The notes under the pieces are model-generated. The model was given only the letters and a program-made list of their open reading frames with translations. It did not search any database and was not told where the DNA came from. The position numbers and the translations under genes are program-made. From Phoronis australis (taxonomy: Eukaryota; Animalia; Phoronida), in NCBI GenBank assembly GCA_002633005.1, contig NMRA01001025.1, positions 1 through 64,000 on the forward strand: 64,000 bases of DNA, read 5' to 3'. Positions 63,216 to 64,000 of the stretch are shown here, in pieces (within the stretch, counting starts at the first letter, position 1; each line of letters starts with the position of its first letter).

Positions 63216-64000
63216 TTGGACAAAGTGAAAAGCAATCCTTCAGCAATAACCTGAGAGAATTGAACGTAATTCAGTAATTCAGCACCTGATATGCCTGATT
63301 ATGGACTCCCTCGCAATGTTTCTTTCTGTGCTTTTTCAGTTTGCCATTTGTTTTTAAATACACTGATAATTGTTTATTCTCGAATCTTGTGCATAGCAGC
63401 TAGCTACAATTGAAAACATACAATAAGACAATCGATGCAGTCACTGAATGTCATTTCCCCATAATCTGTACCAAATTGAAAAGTTTTTACCAATAGTATA
63501 AAGCCTTTCTTCTGAAAGGAAAATTTAATGTCACTCAGCTTTTGGCTTTCATTTCACTGGGTTCTAGTTTCAATGGCCTATAGAAGCGCTTGTAAAAAAG
63601 GTCCAGTTTCAACACGTGGCTTTCTTTCATGTAACCTCATTCAGCCTCAATAACATCCACAATTAGACCCTTGAAGGTAAACACAGCAGCATATCACTTG
63701 AATCGTTTTGAGCCCAAAATCAGACTCTGAACTAGACCAGAGTGTGACTAGGTCTTCTTTAGCTTCAGTCCCTCATGTTTCTTCCAGGAAAGGAAATAAG
63801 CTATTGTCCACACATGACTCATTGCCTATGAAAGGGCATCCTCACCAACAAGGCTTATTTGTGTAGCAGTCAGATATAGTTCGTCTGGATACACAGACAC
63901 TCCACTGGCACATTGTCTTATGGTAACTTAGTACTGCGATTCACATTTCTCCAGGGCCACTGACTTGCACATTGTGCCATGCAGCACTGCTGGTGTGTGG

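Overview
This is AT-rich, intron-containing animal (probably invertebrate) genomic DNA from a draft assembly, with N gaps at 10982-11070, 17993 and 26471-26517. It holds two tandem + strand squalene epoxidase (SQLE)-like genes. Copy A has only its last 5 exons in the window (683-5998). Copy B is complete: 8 exons, 26788-46190, 490 aa. A convergent two-exon ecdysteroid-kinase-like (EcKL/CHK) gene lies on the - strand (57287-61951, 440 aa). Copy B keeps the FAD-binding motifs and apparently the vertebrate intron positions, but lacks the Gln168/Tyr195 active-site pair, which suggests a repurposed flavin monooxygenase. The rest is a transposon graveyard: a Kolobok-type element with a nested LINE, three THAP remnants (one split by an insertion with a 9-bp duplication, one spliced), Penelope-like fragments with minimal hammerhead motifs, tRNA-cored inverted-repeat elements, several MITEs and microsatellites. 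There are no prokaryotic features and no CRISPR array. Comparisons to human SQLE are from memory and need an alignment to confirm.
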